Source: an uncultured delta proteobacterium (GTDB lineage Bacteria > Desulfobacterota > Desulfarculia > JACQYL01 > CAWGVV01). From it: DNA of 64,000 nt. Numbering within the stretch: the first letter of the stretch is position 1; the number at the start of each line of letters is the position of its first letter. The stretch covers positions 513,478 through 577,477 of the forward strand of contig CAWGFI010000006.1 of assembly GCA_963821845.1 (NCBI GenBank), written 5' to 3'. Position numbers and translations under genes: made by a program. This document shows positions 27,671 to 37,097 of this stretch, in pieces. The notes below the pieces were generated by a model. It searched no databases. It saw only the letters and a program-made list of their open reading frames with translations, and was not told where the DNA came from.

Positions 27671-27883
27671 TTAGCGGATCGGGTCGTGTCCGCCCGGATG
27701 AAAAGGATGGCATTTGAGAATGCGAAGGGCGGAATGGTAGCAGCCCTTTACAACGCCATGCTTTTTGATGGACGCGACAGCGTATTCACTGCACGTGGGG
27801 TAAAACCGGCAACATGGGGGAAACAGGGGGGATATACAGTATCGATACACCTGTATACAAAAGATTGCGATATGTTTAAACAT
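27671..27883 (-). CDS. yidD: Membrane protein insertion efficiency factor YidD
   Basis: 70 aa. Contains [19 protein letters not shown]...[15 protein letters not shown]. Confidence 0.9.
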   Translation of the reverse strand: MFKHIAIFCIQVYRYCISPLFPPCCRFYPTCSEYAVASIKKHGVVKGCYHSALRILKCHPFHPGGHDPIR

Positions 27884-27888
27884 GTGCC

Positions 27889-28230
27889 CTACACGTCGAA
27901 GGGCGCGCGCTTGGAAATTTCATTCGCTACCTGGTGATAGGTCAAAGTATGGGCGCCTGGCTTAGCTATTACCACCACATCGTACGACACGGGAAAGAGT
28001 GATTTGTTGAGCCGGAAAAACTCTCGAATCAGACGTTTTACACGGTTTCGATTAACCGCGTTGCCGACTCGCTTGCTGACGATCAGTCCCAGCCGTGTCG
28101 TGATAAATTCAGTCGGGTAAAATACGAGCGCGAAATGTCTGGTATGGATTCGTTTCCCACCCCGAAGCGCTCGTTGATAATCCGAGCGTTTGACGATCCT
28201 CATCGACTTCGGGAATCCATGGGCACCCAT
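27889..28230 (-). CDS. rnpA: Ribonuclease P protein component
   Basis: Lies in ORF 27889..28422. I prefer the Met at 28230 ([19 protein letters not shown]...), because the upstream part of that ORF overlaps rpmH in another frame. Contains [25 protein letters not shown]. Confidence 0.85.
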   Translation of the reverse strand: MGAHGFPKSMRIVKRSDYQRALRGGKRIHTRHFALVFYPTEFITTRLGLIVSKRVGNAVNRNRVKRLIREFFRLNKSLFPVSYDVVVIAKPGAHTLTYHQVANEISKRAPFDV

Positions 28231-28247
28231 CACCTGTGCGGAATGGG

Positions 28248-28382
28248 CTAGACAGCCAATCGCTTCCTGCCCCTTGACCTCCTCCTGCTTATCACCTGTC
28301 GTCCCGATTTCGTGCGCATTCTTACTAAGAATCCGTGGGTTCGTTTCCGTTTTATATTGCTTGGCTGATATGTACGCTTCAT
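28248..28382 (-). CDS. rpmH: 50S ribosomal protein L34
   Basis: Not in the ORF track (44 aa). My translation is [44 protein letters not shown]. Canonical L34 in its canonical position upstream of rnpA. Confidence 0.9.
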   Translation of the reverse strand: MKRTYQPSNIKRKRTHGFLVRMRTKSGRQVISRRRSRGRKRLAV

Positions 28383-28688
28383 TGAAATGCCTCGTTCTTA
28401 AAAATGCGCCTAGTTTACACAAGTAGCCGGGTTTGTCAAGGCTATTTGCCTCCCAAATAAGCTCTTAAGTATAACGCAAAAATGAGGCAAAATAAAAGCA
28501 AAATCGTATCGGCGTCATCTTGCGTGGTAAAATTTGTCCGCTCATCCATCCCGGCGGGCGTGACGCAACCTCTCGGTGGCGCCTCTCATGAGCAGTCCGT
28601 CCCTATATAGCATAAAGCGCGCCGTTTGGCCCTATAAAATGAGCCTCAAAAACGCACGGGCATAATACGGTTTCGCAACTCAAAATCA

Positions 28689-28717
28689 TTGACAACCCAT
28701 CATGGGAATGGTAAACA
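28689..28717 (+). promoter_or_regulatory. Candidate sigma70 promoter for tRNA-Pro (TTGACA-n17-TAAACA)
   Basis: Read directly. The -10 element ends 12 nt before the mature tRNA 5' end. The -10 matches the consensus only weakly. Confidence 0.3.
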
Positions 28718-28729
28718 CAATTTTTCCGA

Positions 28730-28806
28730 CGGGACGTAGCGCAGCCTGGGAGCGCACCTGAATGGGGTTCAGGGGGTCGGAGGTTCAAATCCTCTCGTCC
28801 CGACCA
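28730..28806 (+). tRNA. tRNA-Pro (anticodon GGG), CCA encoded
   Basis: Hand-folded cloverleaf. Acceptor stem CGGGACG/CGTCCCG. D stem GCGC/GCGC. Anticodon stem CCTGA/TCAGG with loop ATGGGGT (GGG at 34-36, G37). T stem GGAGG/CCTCT with loop TTCAAAT. Discriminator A, then CCA. Total 77 nt. Confidence 0.9.
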
Positions 28807-28915
28807 AATAAGACGATTAAAAGAGCAGGTTAGGAAAGCGCCTAATCTGCTCTTTTTTATTGGCTCGGCCGGAATCTACCAAATACCTACCACTCTTAGC
28901 CTGAACGCCGCATTC
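28759..28915 (+). repeat. Left direct repeat (attL-like): 3' 48 nt of tRNA-Pro + terminator hairpin + flank ending ...ctgaacgccgcattc
   Basis: Aligns with 63221..63366. The tRNA part has a single mismatch. Shared blocks are agagcaggtt, ctgctcttttttattggctcggcc and ctgaacgccgcattc. Confidence 0.75.
28822..28859 (+). terminator. Rho-independent terminator after tRNA-Pro
   Basis: Stem AGAGCAGGTTAGG/CCTAATCTGCTCT followed by TTTTTT. Confidence 0.7.
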
Positions 28916-28924
28916 CATCATCAA

Positions 28925-29181
28925 TCAAGGGACTTTGATCATGAGCGTAATGTCGAGCCGGCCTCTCACGTCCGCGTTCGGACCCATCCCCACGCCTGTT
29001 CCTTTGGTGAGAGTGGTCAAAAAGGAGAGAATTGAGTCTGGCGTTATCTGCTCTAATTCAATATCTCCAAAATGGTCTGAAAACTTGGCGAGCGTGTTGC
29101 CATACACCTTTGTCGTATTTTTTCCCCGAGTTCACCTTGTGATAATCCTGGTAATAGCGGATGGCTTGAAACAGCTCCATG
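28925..29181 (-). pseudogene. Tyrosine-recombinase (phage integrase) N-terminal SAM-like domain remnant, frameshifted and truncated
   Basis: The sequence is MELFQAIRYYQDYHKVNSGK(frameshift in an A-run)TTKVYGNTLAKFSDHFGDIELEQITPDSILSFLTTLTKGT..., then unrelated residues and a stop. Only about 85 codons remain and the catalytic domain is absent. It points toward the tRNA, 118 bp away. Confidence 0.55.
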
Positions 29182-29817
29182 GAACACCTCCTTTGGTTTA
29201 AAGGGTTAAGGTACTTGAGAATGTTTTAAGAAATGCTATGCAGAAACGCAATAAAATGAGCGGCTCATCTGGTATAGGTTCTGGAAAGCTTTCTTCAGTG
29301 GTCCGCCAGTACAAGGATGCTAAAATTCAGGTGATCAAGGCAGCGCTAATTGATTTCAGGAATACGGCGCTTTAGTTAACACAAATATGGTCAACGCCCT
29401 CGAGAGTCCCAAAATGCGAATGGACTTTAGACTACCAACGGGCGCTCTTGGTTGTCTCGAACATTCATTGTCTTCTAAGCCTGAACAATCCAAAAGTTCA
29501 TCACCGCACGGCACTGTCCCACGGAGGGTATTTGAGCGCCAGCGAGATTCAAAGAGCTTAGAATCGAAGTCTTTCGGCGTGCTTTTCCATTGAAACAGGG
29601 CGGTTCGGCAGAGAAATTTGCGCCGCGCCAGCTCTTCCTCGGTTTTCGAAGATACCCATGCGTATGACGTCAAACGTCGCGTAATTATAAAATCGCATTT
29701 TAAACGCCTGATTTCGGCAGACATTTACATATCCCGTTTGCAATTAGGCTCCTCGATTGGTACAAGTACGGTTGGCAGAACAAGCATACAATTTCGCCGA
29801 TTTGCCAGCCTCTTATT

Positions 29818-30489
29818 ATGCAGAGTTCCCTTCAATTCTTCCTACATCACCATGACAAGGTGTTCATGTGGGTATCGCAGCATATATGGATCAGCTTTGT
29901 TTCCATCCTGTTGGCATTGATCCTCGGCTTGTCGCTTGGAATCTACATCAGTCTGAACGGTAAGGAACGTCTCGCGGATGTGGTCATCTATCTGGCCGAG
30001 ATTATGATGACCGTGCCGAGTCTGGCCCTGTTCGGTCTGCTGATGTTTATTCTGGCTTACTTCGGTATTACCGCCATCGGCTTTGTTCCCGCCGTCATCA
30101 CGCTGGTCATATACGGTCAGCTACCCATTATCCGCAACACCCATACGGCTTTGTGCGGCGTCGATCCGGGCATCATAGAGGCTGGCAAAGGGATGGGAAT
30201 GACCGAAACGCAGCTCCTGTTCAAGGTAAAACTGCCGGTGGCCACGCCTGTGATCATGGCCGGGGTCCGCAACGCGACGATTCTCATAATAGGGATCGCG
30301 ACCATCGCGGCCCTGATCGGTTCGGGTGGGCTGGGCGCGCCTATTTTCAGAGGTCTGCGGAACGCCCGTATGGACCTTATCATTCTGGGCGGGGTTCTGG
30401 TGTCCCTGCTCGCGGTGTGCGCCGACGCTTTCATGTCCGTTGTTCAGAGGGTTGTGACGCCGAAAGGGATCAGAAAGAGTGCGCTATGA
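29818..30489 (+). CDS. Osmoprotectant (glycine betaine/choline/carnitine-type) ABC transporter permease, OpuBB/OpuCB-like
   Basis: 223 aa. BPD-transporter EAA-type loop: IIEAGKGMGMTETQLLFKVKLPVATPVIMAG. Confidence 0.85.
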   Translation: MQSSLQFFLHHHDKVFMWVSQHIWISFVSILLALILGLSLGIYISLNGKERLADVVIYLAEIMMTVPSLALFGLLMFILAYFGITAIGFVPAVITLVIYGQLPIIRNTHTALCGVDPGIIEAGKGMGMTETQLLFKVKLPVATPVIMAGVRNATILIIGIATIAALIGSGGLGAPIFRGLRNARMDLIILGGVLVSLLAVCADAFMSVVQRVVTPKGIRKSAL

Positions 30490-31592
30490 TCGAACTGGTT
30501 GAGGTGACCAAAACATATCCGAACGGAACCGAGGCGGTGAAACGGCTGAGTTTTACCGTGCGTGACGGCGAAACCTGTGTGCTACTGGGGCCGTCAGGCT
30601 GCGGCAAGACTACGGCCATGAAGCTCATCAACCGGCTCATCCCGGCGACTAGCGGCGGCATATTGATCGACGGTGTGGACAATAAAAAAATCGACGTTAA
30701 CGAGCTGCGAAGAAGCATCGGTTTCGCCATTCAGGATGTGGGGCTTTTTCCGCATATGACGGTGGGTCAGAACATAGCGACAGTCCCGGCGCTCAAGGGA
30801 TGGAGCAAAACCAGGCGGCGCGAGCGGGCTCTGGAATTACTGAACCTGCTGCGGCTGGATCCGAAAAAATTCATCGACAAGTACCCACATGAGCTGTCCG
30901 GAGGACAACGCCAGCGAGTGGGCGTGGCGCGGGCGCTGGGCGCGGACCCGCCCATCCTGTTGATGGATGAGCCCTTCGGCGCGATCGATCCCATCACCCG
31001 TATGGAGTTGCAGAACGAATTTCTGAAGATACAAGAACAGATCAAGAAGACGGTCATCTTTGTTACCCACGATATTTCGGAGGCCATAAAAATAGGAGAC
31101 CAAGTGGCGCTGATGAAAGCGGGCGAACTCGTCCAATTCGGTCCGCCCGTGGACCTGATATTCAATCCAAACACGGATTTCGCGAAATCGTTTACAGGAG
31201 TAGACAGCCCGCTCAAGGGGTTCAGGCGCTGCCGGTGGATACCGCCCTGTCCAATGAAACTCCCGCCGCCAAACCTCACGACAAATCGGACGCCGTCCGG
31301 TAAGCTTATGGACAAGGAAGACCTCCAATGGCTTCCGGTCATTGACGACGAGAACAAATATCTGGGCATGATATTCAGGCGGAATCTGCGCAAGGCCGAA
31401 ATCGTCTCCAAGATTCTCAGCAACAACATGGCCTACGCCACCAAGAACATGACCCTTGATCAGGCCCTTTCCCTACTGCTCACCAGCGGACAAAATTCCC
31501 TGGCGGTGGTGGACGAAGAAAGCGGGAATTTCGAAGGCGTGATCACCTTTGAAAAGCTGCAAAAGGAGCTTTCGGCTCTTTATAGGAAATAA
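30486..31592 (+). CDS. Osmoprotectant ABC transporter ATP-binding protein with C-terminal CBS pair (OpuBA/OpuCA-like); two internal compensating frameshifts
   Basis: Lies in ORF 30153..31592. The start ATG at 30486 overlaps the permease stop. Walker A is GPSGCGKTT, signature LSGGQRQRVGVARAL, Walker B ILLMDEPF. Between about 31205 and about 31300 the family-like sequence (VQALPVDTALSNETPAAKPHDKSDAVR) is in a different frame from the open one. Confidence 0.85.
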   Translation: MIELVEVTKTYPNGTEAVKRLSFTVRDGETCVLLGPSGCGKTTAMKLINRLIPATSGGILIDGVDNKKIDVNELRRSIGFAIQDVGLFPHMTVGQNIATVPALKGWSKTRRRERALELLNLLRLDPKKFIDKYPHELSGGQRQRVGVARALGADPPILLMDEPFGAIDPITRMELQNEFLKIQEQIKKTVIFVTHDISEAIKIGDQVALMKAGELVQFGPPVDLIFNPNTDFAKSFTGVDSPLKGFRRCRWIPPCPMKLPPPNLTTNRTPSGKLMDKEDLQWLPVIDDENKYLGMIFRRNLRKAEIVSKILSNNMAYATKNMTLDQALSLLLTSGQNSLAVVDEESGNFEGVITFEKLQKELSALYRK

Positions 31593-31601
31593 CCCCGATC
31601 A

Positions 31602-32396
31602 ATGAAACATTCCGTGGTTTTCATATGTTTGCTGACCGCGCTGCTCGGCCTCACGGCCTGGATCACCAGTTTGGGATCGATTGGCGGCGTGTACAGCGCT
31701 TTCTCGGCGGCGGACGTGACGCACAACGCTTGGGTCCACTTCAAGATGGTCTTTTTCTCGGTGGCCTTGGCCTCGTTAATCGGGGTTCCCGCCGGAATAC
31801 TGATCAGCCGGCCCGGTTTCAGCCGATTCGCCTGGATCGTTATCGGCGGGGCGGGTATCGGGCAAACCATCCCCAGCCTGGCCATCATTTCCATCATGGC
31901 CCCGATTCTGGGTTTCGGCCTGCAATCGGCCATTGCGGCGCTGGTCATTTACGGCCTGCTTCCCATCGTGCGGAACACATACGCGGGGATAAAAAGCATA
32001 GATCCGTCCATCATCGAAGCCGCCCAGGGCATGGGAATGGACAAGGCGCAGATCGCCTGGAAGATCGAAGCGCCCTTGTCCAAAAAGGTGATACTGGCCG
32101 GAATACGTGTTTCCACTGTTATCACCGTGGGCACGGCCGAACTGGCGGTGCTGGTGGGCGGCGAAGGGCTGGGGAAAATCACACTAACGGGCGTGTACGC
32201 GCGGGAGCCGCTTTTGATCCTGCAAGGCGCCGCGCCTACGGCCGCCATGGCCATAATCCTGGGATACCTGCTCGCGCATTTTGAAAATTGGCTGACACCG
32301 CAAGGGCTCAGGGGTAAACAAACGGCGCAGTGGGAGATTACCTGGAGTGCGAGATGCGAAGATCATTACCGGCCGTCATCTTGGCGGTTTTGCTGA
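31602..32396 (+). CDS. Osmoprotectant ABC transporter permease, OpuBD/OpuCD-like
   Basis: 264 aa. Contains IIEAAQGMGMDKAQIAWKIEAPLSKKVILAG. The last ~20 codons overlap the SBP start and may be out of frame. Confidence 0.8.
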   Translation: MKHSVVFICLLTALLGLTAWITSLGSIGGVYSAFSAADVTHNAWVHFKMVFFSVALASLIGVPAGILISRPGFSRFAWIVIGGAGIGQTIPSLAIISIMAPILGFGLQSAIAALVIYGLLPIVRNTYAGIKSIDPSIIEAAQGMGMDKAQIAWKIEAPLSKKVILAGIRVSTVITVGTAELAVLVGGEGLGKITLTGVYAREPLLILQGAAPTAAMAIILGYLLAHFENWLTPQGLRGKQTAQWEITWSARCEDHYRPSSWRFC

Positions 32397-33313
32397 CAGC
32401 TATTTTTTCCTTTCACCCAACATGGCGCGGGCTTCGGATAAGGAAATCGTTGTCGGCGCGAAAAACTTTACGGAGCAATACCTCATCGGCCAGATGATGA
32501 AGCAGCTTTTGGAAGATCGCGGTTTCAAGGTGTCCTTGCTGTCCGATCTTACCAGCGCGGCTTTGCGGGCGGGTATGGAAAGCGGCGACATCGACCTGTG
32601 CGCCGAATACATCGGGACCGCCTGGATGATTCACCTCAAACACGCGTATGAACCGGGCGTTTCCAATAAAGAACTCTATGAAAAAGTCAAGAAGCTGGAC
32701 GCTCAAAATGGGTTTCATTGGTTTCAGCCTATCTGGAACAACAACACCTTTGCGTTCGCTTCCTGGAACTCGTTCGCAAAGGAAAACAAGCTGAAAACCA
32801 TCTCCGATCTGGCGGCTCTATATAACGCAAAGGATGGGAACATCCCGACCTTTATCGATTTCGAATTCTCGGCGCGTCCCGACGGGTTGCCCGCGCTCGA
32901 ACAATTCTACGATTTCAAGGTCGCGCATTTCGGCGCTGAAGACCAGCGCGCCGGGGATATCACTATTGGGATTGAAGGATCACAAAGCGGAAGTGGTCAT
33001 GATTTTCGCCACCGACGCGTCGCTGACCAAATACGACTGGTACGTTTATCAAGACGATAAATCGTTTTTCCCGCCGTATGACCTGACTCCGTATATAAGA
33101 AAAGAGACGCTCGACAAGTATCCTGAAATCAAGGAAATTATCCGGGAACTCGTGGGTTCTTTTCCCGGAGGAAAAGGAGCCGCCGACGCCAAGGCGGTCG
33201 CGGAATGCCGGAAGGTATGGAGAACGCTCAACGCGCAGGTTGATATCGATCTGGAAGAGCCATCGGACGTGGCGCGAGCGTATTTGATTCGTAAAGGCCT
33301 TATAAAAAATTGA
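32354..33313 (+). pseudogene. Glycine betaine-type substrate-binding protein (OpuBC/OpuCC-like), frameshifted
   Basis: The signal peptide MRRSLPAVILAVLLTAIF is in one frame, with a shift in a T-run about 32405. The body (EIVVGAKNFTEQYLIGQMMKQLLEDRGF...) is in ORF 32347..33060. The C-terminus (VVMIFATDASLTKYDWYVYQDDKSFFPPYDLTPYIRKE...) is in ORF 32834..33313. Confidence 0.8.
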
Positions 33314-33390
33314 TAGTTTCTCGCGGACTACCTCGGCGGCCTATTTCCCTCGAAACGACAAACTGGACAACGTACGAGGAGAGCAACGCC

Positions 33391-33473
33391 TGTCCATTTC
33401 GAGCGCAGCGAGAAATCTCCTGCGGGGAGCGCGCGGGAAGAAATTCCCTCGCGAAGATTTTTTTGCGCTTTCC
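33391..33473. repeat. Dispersed repeat of about 80 nt, copy B
   Basis: Sequence is tgtccatttcgagcgcagcgagaaatctcctgcggggagcgcgcgggaagaaattccctcgcgaagatttttttgcgctttcc. Collinear with 19238..19318. Confidence 0.6.
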
Positions 33474-33481
33474 TTGGACTT

Positions 33482-34997
33482 TTACGCGCAGTTAATTATT
33501 TTAGGCGGCCTTTCGGACCAGCGGCCGATGTTGGCTAGTATCAGGTCCGGACTTTCGTAGGCGTCCACCAGCAGCCGATGATAGTAGCATTCTTCCGCGC
33601 TTCTCAGATTGTCGTCGCGGTGGCTGGCGGAATATTTTCGCGCCTCTTCCTCGCTGTAGTTTTCAAAAAGACCCGACAATAGATCCACCGTCCCGCTGCC
33701 CTCATCGAACTGCTCTTTTTTGCGCCAGACGATCTCATCGGGCAGAAGATCCTCAACCGCCTTGCGCAGAATCCATTTTTCAACGGGGGGCGATCCGACA
33801 AGCTTATATTTGGCGGGAACCAGCATACCCATCTCGATCATCTTCAAATCCAGGAACGGCACGCGACCTTCTATAGAATGCGCCATGGTCATTCTGTCCA
33901 CGCGCTGAAGATTGATGTTATGCAGCGAACTCACCGACCGGCGCAATTCATCCTGGAGGATGTCCGGGTCCTTGATATCCTTGTAATAGGTGTAGCCGCC
34001 AAACAGTTCATCGGCCCCTTCCCCGGTCAGGATAACCTTCACATATTCCGCGGCGAGCCGTGAGGTGAAATAGCAGGGGATGGCGCTCCGCACCAGGTCC
34101 TGGTCGAAGGATTCCAGATAGTAGATGATTGTGGGGAGATCTTTTTTCACTTCCTCGGGCGTGATCACATACTCATGATGAATCGAGTCGATATGCCGGG
34201 CGACGATACGCGCGGCTTCGAGATCCTTGCTGCCCTCGATCCCCACGGAAAAAGTGTGCAGCGACCCCATGCTTCTCTTGACCAGAGCCGCGATAACGCT
34301 GCTGTCCAAACCTCCGGACAGAAACGCGCCCAGCGGCACGTCGCTCATGAGACGTTTCTCGACCGATTCCTCCAGCGTGGTTCGGATCTTTTTACAGTAC
34401 CTCGTCCGCGGAACCCTCCCGGCTTTTCAGGTTGGGCACGCTGTAAAAGGTGGAAAACCCTCGCTCGGAATGAAAACAGGAGCCTGGAGGAAATTCGTGG
34501 ATATCACGGCAGTTGGAAGGGAACGCCTTCAACTCGGACGCGAAAACCATGGAGTCATCCAGGTAACCGTAATAGAGCGGCTTGATGCCGATGGGATCGC
34601 GCGCCGCAAAGAAAGCGTTCCGGTCCGAAATGATAAAACTGAACATACCGTCCAGATGTTCGACGACGTCCGAAGCGCTGTCTTCATACTGGTGCAGTAT
34701 GGCTTCGGAGTCGCTAGTGGTTGAAAACCGGTGGCTGCGCGCCAGTTCGTCTTTCAGCCGTGGGAAATTATAGATTTCGCCATTGGCGATTATCGCTTTG
34801 GATCTGTTTTCGTTAAATATGGGCTGGTTTCCTCCTTGCGGGTCCATGATGCTGAGCCGCCGATGACCGAGGACGGTCTGGTCGTCGGAGGAAACAAAGG
34901 CGCCGTGCGCGTCCGGGCCTCGATGAACCATCGAATCGTTCATCCGTTCGATAACCGAGACGTCACTGCCTCCCCATATTGCCGATATGCCACACAT
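33482..34997 (-). pseudogene. Asparagine synthase (glutamine-hydrolysing) family amidotransferase, one frameshift near 34.37 kb
   Basis: The N-terminal Ntn-GATase domain starts MCGISAIWG (catalytic Cys2) in ORF 34392..34997. The synthetase domain, with PP-loop SDVPLGAFLSGGLDSS, is in ORF 33482..34348. Confidence 0.8.
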
Positions 34998-35097
34998 GCC
35001 TAACTCCCTTGGAACTCTGCGCTTGAAACGTACATCCGTTTGTCGGAACGCGCCGGTTGAATTCGAATTGCAGGATAAACGATAAAGAGCGTCCGCG

Positions 35098-36342
35098 CTA
35101 TTTCCTGATCTGGAATATGCCCACCAACCCGTGGCCTACGCCGGTACCGGGCTGAAGCTCCATTTCGAGCTTTCTTAAGCAATAACCGAGCATGGGCTCC
35201 AAAAAGTCCGCTCGGGCGTCAACCCAGTTGACCTCGCTCATATTGTCGGCGGTCGCGATCATGGTTTTCATGGCCTCCGCGAGCGACTCGTTTTCCCGGG
35301 CGTCCCGAGCCATTTGTTCGGCTTCGCTTTTCCGGCCTTCAAACAGCAGGGAAGCGCAATCAACCGCGTCGTTCACCGAGGAAAAAAAGTAGTCGAAAAA
35401 GCTGTTGAGCTTTTCATAGCCTTCGCGGGGCGTATGATCGATCTTCAGGCTCGACAGATCGGTGCGCATATGCGGTTCAAACAGAGAGTTCACATTGACG
35501 CGCATCTTTGGACAATTTGCGTTGTAATCGCCCGTGTCCATGTGCCGGCCGATAAGAATTGATCTATCGAAAAAAGACAACGGTTCTATGGTTACCCCGG
35601 ATCGCCGCGCGGCCGTGTCGATCACCGCGAGGATCTCCTGCTGAGTCATGAGCCGCAACGGGAACGAGGCGATATCGGCGTCTTGCCGCTCCTCTTCCGA
35701 GTAAATATAGGAAATGCGGTAATCCATGAAGTATTCCCGGTCCGGCGGGTTTCCCCACAGGTCCTGCCATTCGTAGGAATACCGCCCCAGCCAGTCGCCG
35801 ACAAATATCGAACCGTCAGCCGCGTGTTCGGCGACATCCGCAATAAGCGCCGCGTTTTGTTCGTCATGGAAGTGCGAAAGCGTTCCGTAGGTGGTGGAAT
35901 ACAGATCGAACGATTCTTCTCCCGTTATTTCCGCGGGCAGTCCATGGGTCAGATCAGCTTCCACGAATTTGTGCGTGGGAAGCTCCCCATAGATACCTTC
36001 GGCCATATCCAGCAGGTCCCGATTGATATCGAGGCCCACATATTCTTCCAAGACACCGGGTTTGATCACGTAGCCGTTGTTGACGGTGTTTTCTTCGGGA
36101 GACGGCACGGAAAGAAGCAATTCATAGCCGTCGGCGCTTCCGCAACCCATGTCGAGGACCCGGAGCTTCTGGCCGGCCGCGGTTTTACGGCCGGTAGCTT
36201 CGCTTAAAAATGGAGCAAGAAACAATGCGGTAGTCGCGTCCTCCCAGCACCGGCGCACGTTATCGTACTTGCCGAGCAACCGTGAGGACTTGTCATATTT
36301 CCCTGTGTTGACAGCCTGGGAATAAGCCGTTTTTTCAGCCAT
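35098..36342 (-). CDS. Class I SAM-dependent methyltransferase with a C-terminal extension of about 200 aa, substrate unknown
   Basis: 414 aa, intact. Motif I is RVLDMGCGSADG, post-I is YVGLDINRDLLDMA, followed by FVEADL and FDLYSTTYGTLSHF. The C-terminal half has no recognisable domain. Confidence 0.7.
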   Translation of the reverse strand: MAEKTAYSQAVNTGKYDKSSRLLGKYDNVRRCWEDATTALFLAPFLSEATGRKTAAGQKLRVLDMGCGSADGYELLLSVPSPEENTVNNGYVIKPGVLEEYVGLDINRDLLDMAEGIYGELPTHKFVEADLTHGLPAEITGEESFDLYSTTYGTLSHFHDEQNAALIADVAEHAADGSIFVGDWLGRYSYEWQDLWGNPPDREYFMDYRISYIYSEEERQDADIASFPLRLMTQQEILAVIDTAARRSGVTIEPLSFFDRSILIGRHMDTGDYNANCPKMRVNVNSLFEPHMRTDLSSLKIDHTPREGYEKLNSFFDYFFSSVNDAVDCASLLFEGRKSEAEQMARDARENESLAEAMKTMIATADNMSEVNWVDARADFLEPMLGYCLRKLEMELQPGTGVGHGLVGIFQIRK

Positions 36343-36371
36343 ATCGATACATCACCTAGTATGAGTTTAGG

Positions 36372-37056
36372 TTACGCGTTCAGCTCTTTTAGATAATCGA
36401 TCGCCTGGAACGCGTCCTTGCAGTGTTTGTCCGCGCCTATTTCATCGGCGAACTTGGAGGAAGTCGGCGCGCCGCCGATCAGGATTTTCACCTTGTCGCG
36501 AACATCGGCTTCTTTCAAAGCCGAGACGATTTCGCCCATTTCCCGCATGGTGGTCGTCAGAAGCGCCGACAGGCCAAGATACTGGGCGCCGTTGTTTTTC
36601 ACTTCCTCGACGATGGTCTTGGTGGCCACGTTGTTGCCTAGATCGATGACCTCATATCCCGCGCCCTTGAGAAGAATGGACACGATGTTCTTGCCGATGT
36701 CGTGCAAATCGTCCGCAGACGGTGGCTATGACGAATTTACCCTTGGGTTCCACGCCGTCTCTCAGCAGGTGGGGGCTCAATATATCCATCGCCGCGCCCA
36801 CGCATTCGGCCGAAGCGAGCATGTCGGGGATAAGGTATTCGCCTTTTTCGAATTTCTCGCCAACCTGTTCCATGGGAGTGGTAAGGGCGTCGACAACGAT
36901 TTCCTTGGCGTCTATGCTTTCCTCGATGGCCTGTTCCACCAGTTCCGTAACCGCGGGCTGCCCTTCAAGACCCTCGTCGATTCCTTCATCTTCCGCTTCC
37001 ACGCGTCCTTGAACTACATTAAATGCGATTTTTTCCAAATATTCCTGTTTATTCAT
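36372..37056 (-). pseudogene. Corrinoid (cobalamin-binding) methyl-carrier protein, MtgC/MtbC-like, one frameshift near 36.71 kb
   Basis: The N-terminal B12-binding_2 cap domain is in ORF 36652..37056. The Rossmann B12 domain, with DxHxxG (DDLHDIGKNIV), is in the frame of ORF 36372..36707. Confidence 0.8.
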
Positions 37057-37097
37057 AATGTTGACCTCTCTTATAGCTTTCCCGCGAAGGGCTTCAG

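Noticed and set aside
28383-28729. oriC / DnaA-box cluster in the rpmH-upstream region
   Set aside because: The region is AT-rich and is next to the classical rpmH-rnpA-yidC-mnmE-rsmG cluster. However, I found no good TTATCCACA-type boxes, and dnaA is not in the window.
29356-29724. 122-aa minus-strand ORF between the integrase remnant and the opu operon
   Set aside because: There is no recognisable motif, no convincing RBS, and the composition looks like decayed AT-rich island-edge DNA. It could be a remnant of an island maintenance gene, but I cannot support any call.
29738-29766. Sigma70-like (TTGCAA-n17-TACAAG) and sigma54-like (TGGCAG...GCA) elements upstream of the opu operon
   Set aside because: The sigma54 GG/GC spacing is wrong (8 instead of 10 nt). 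The sigma70 match is weak and unsupported.
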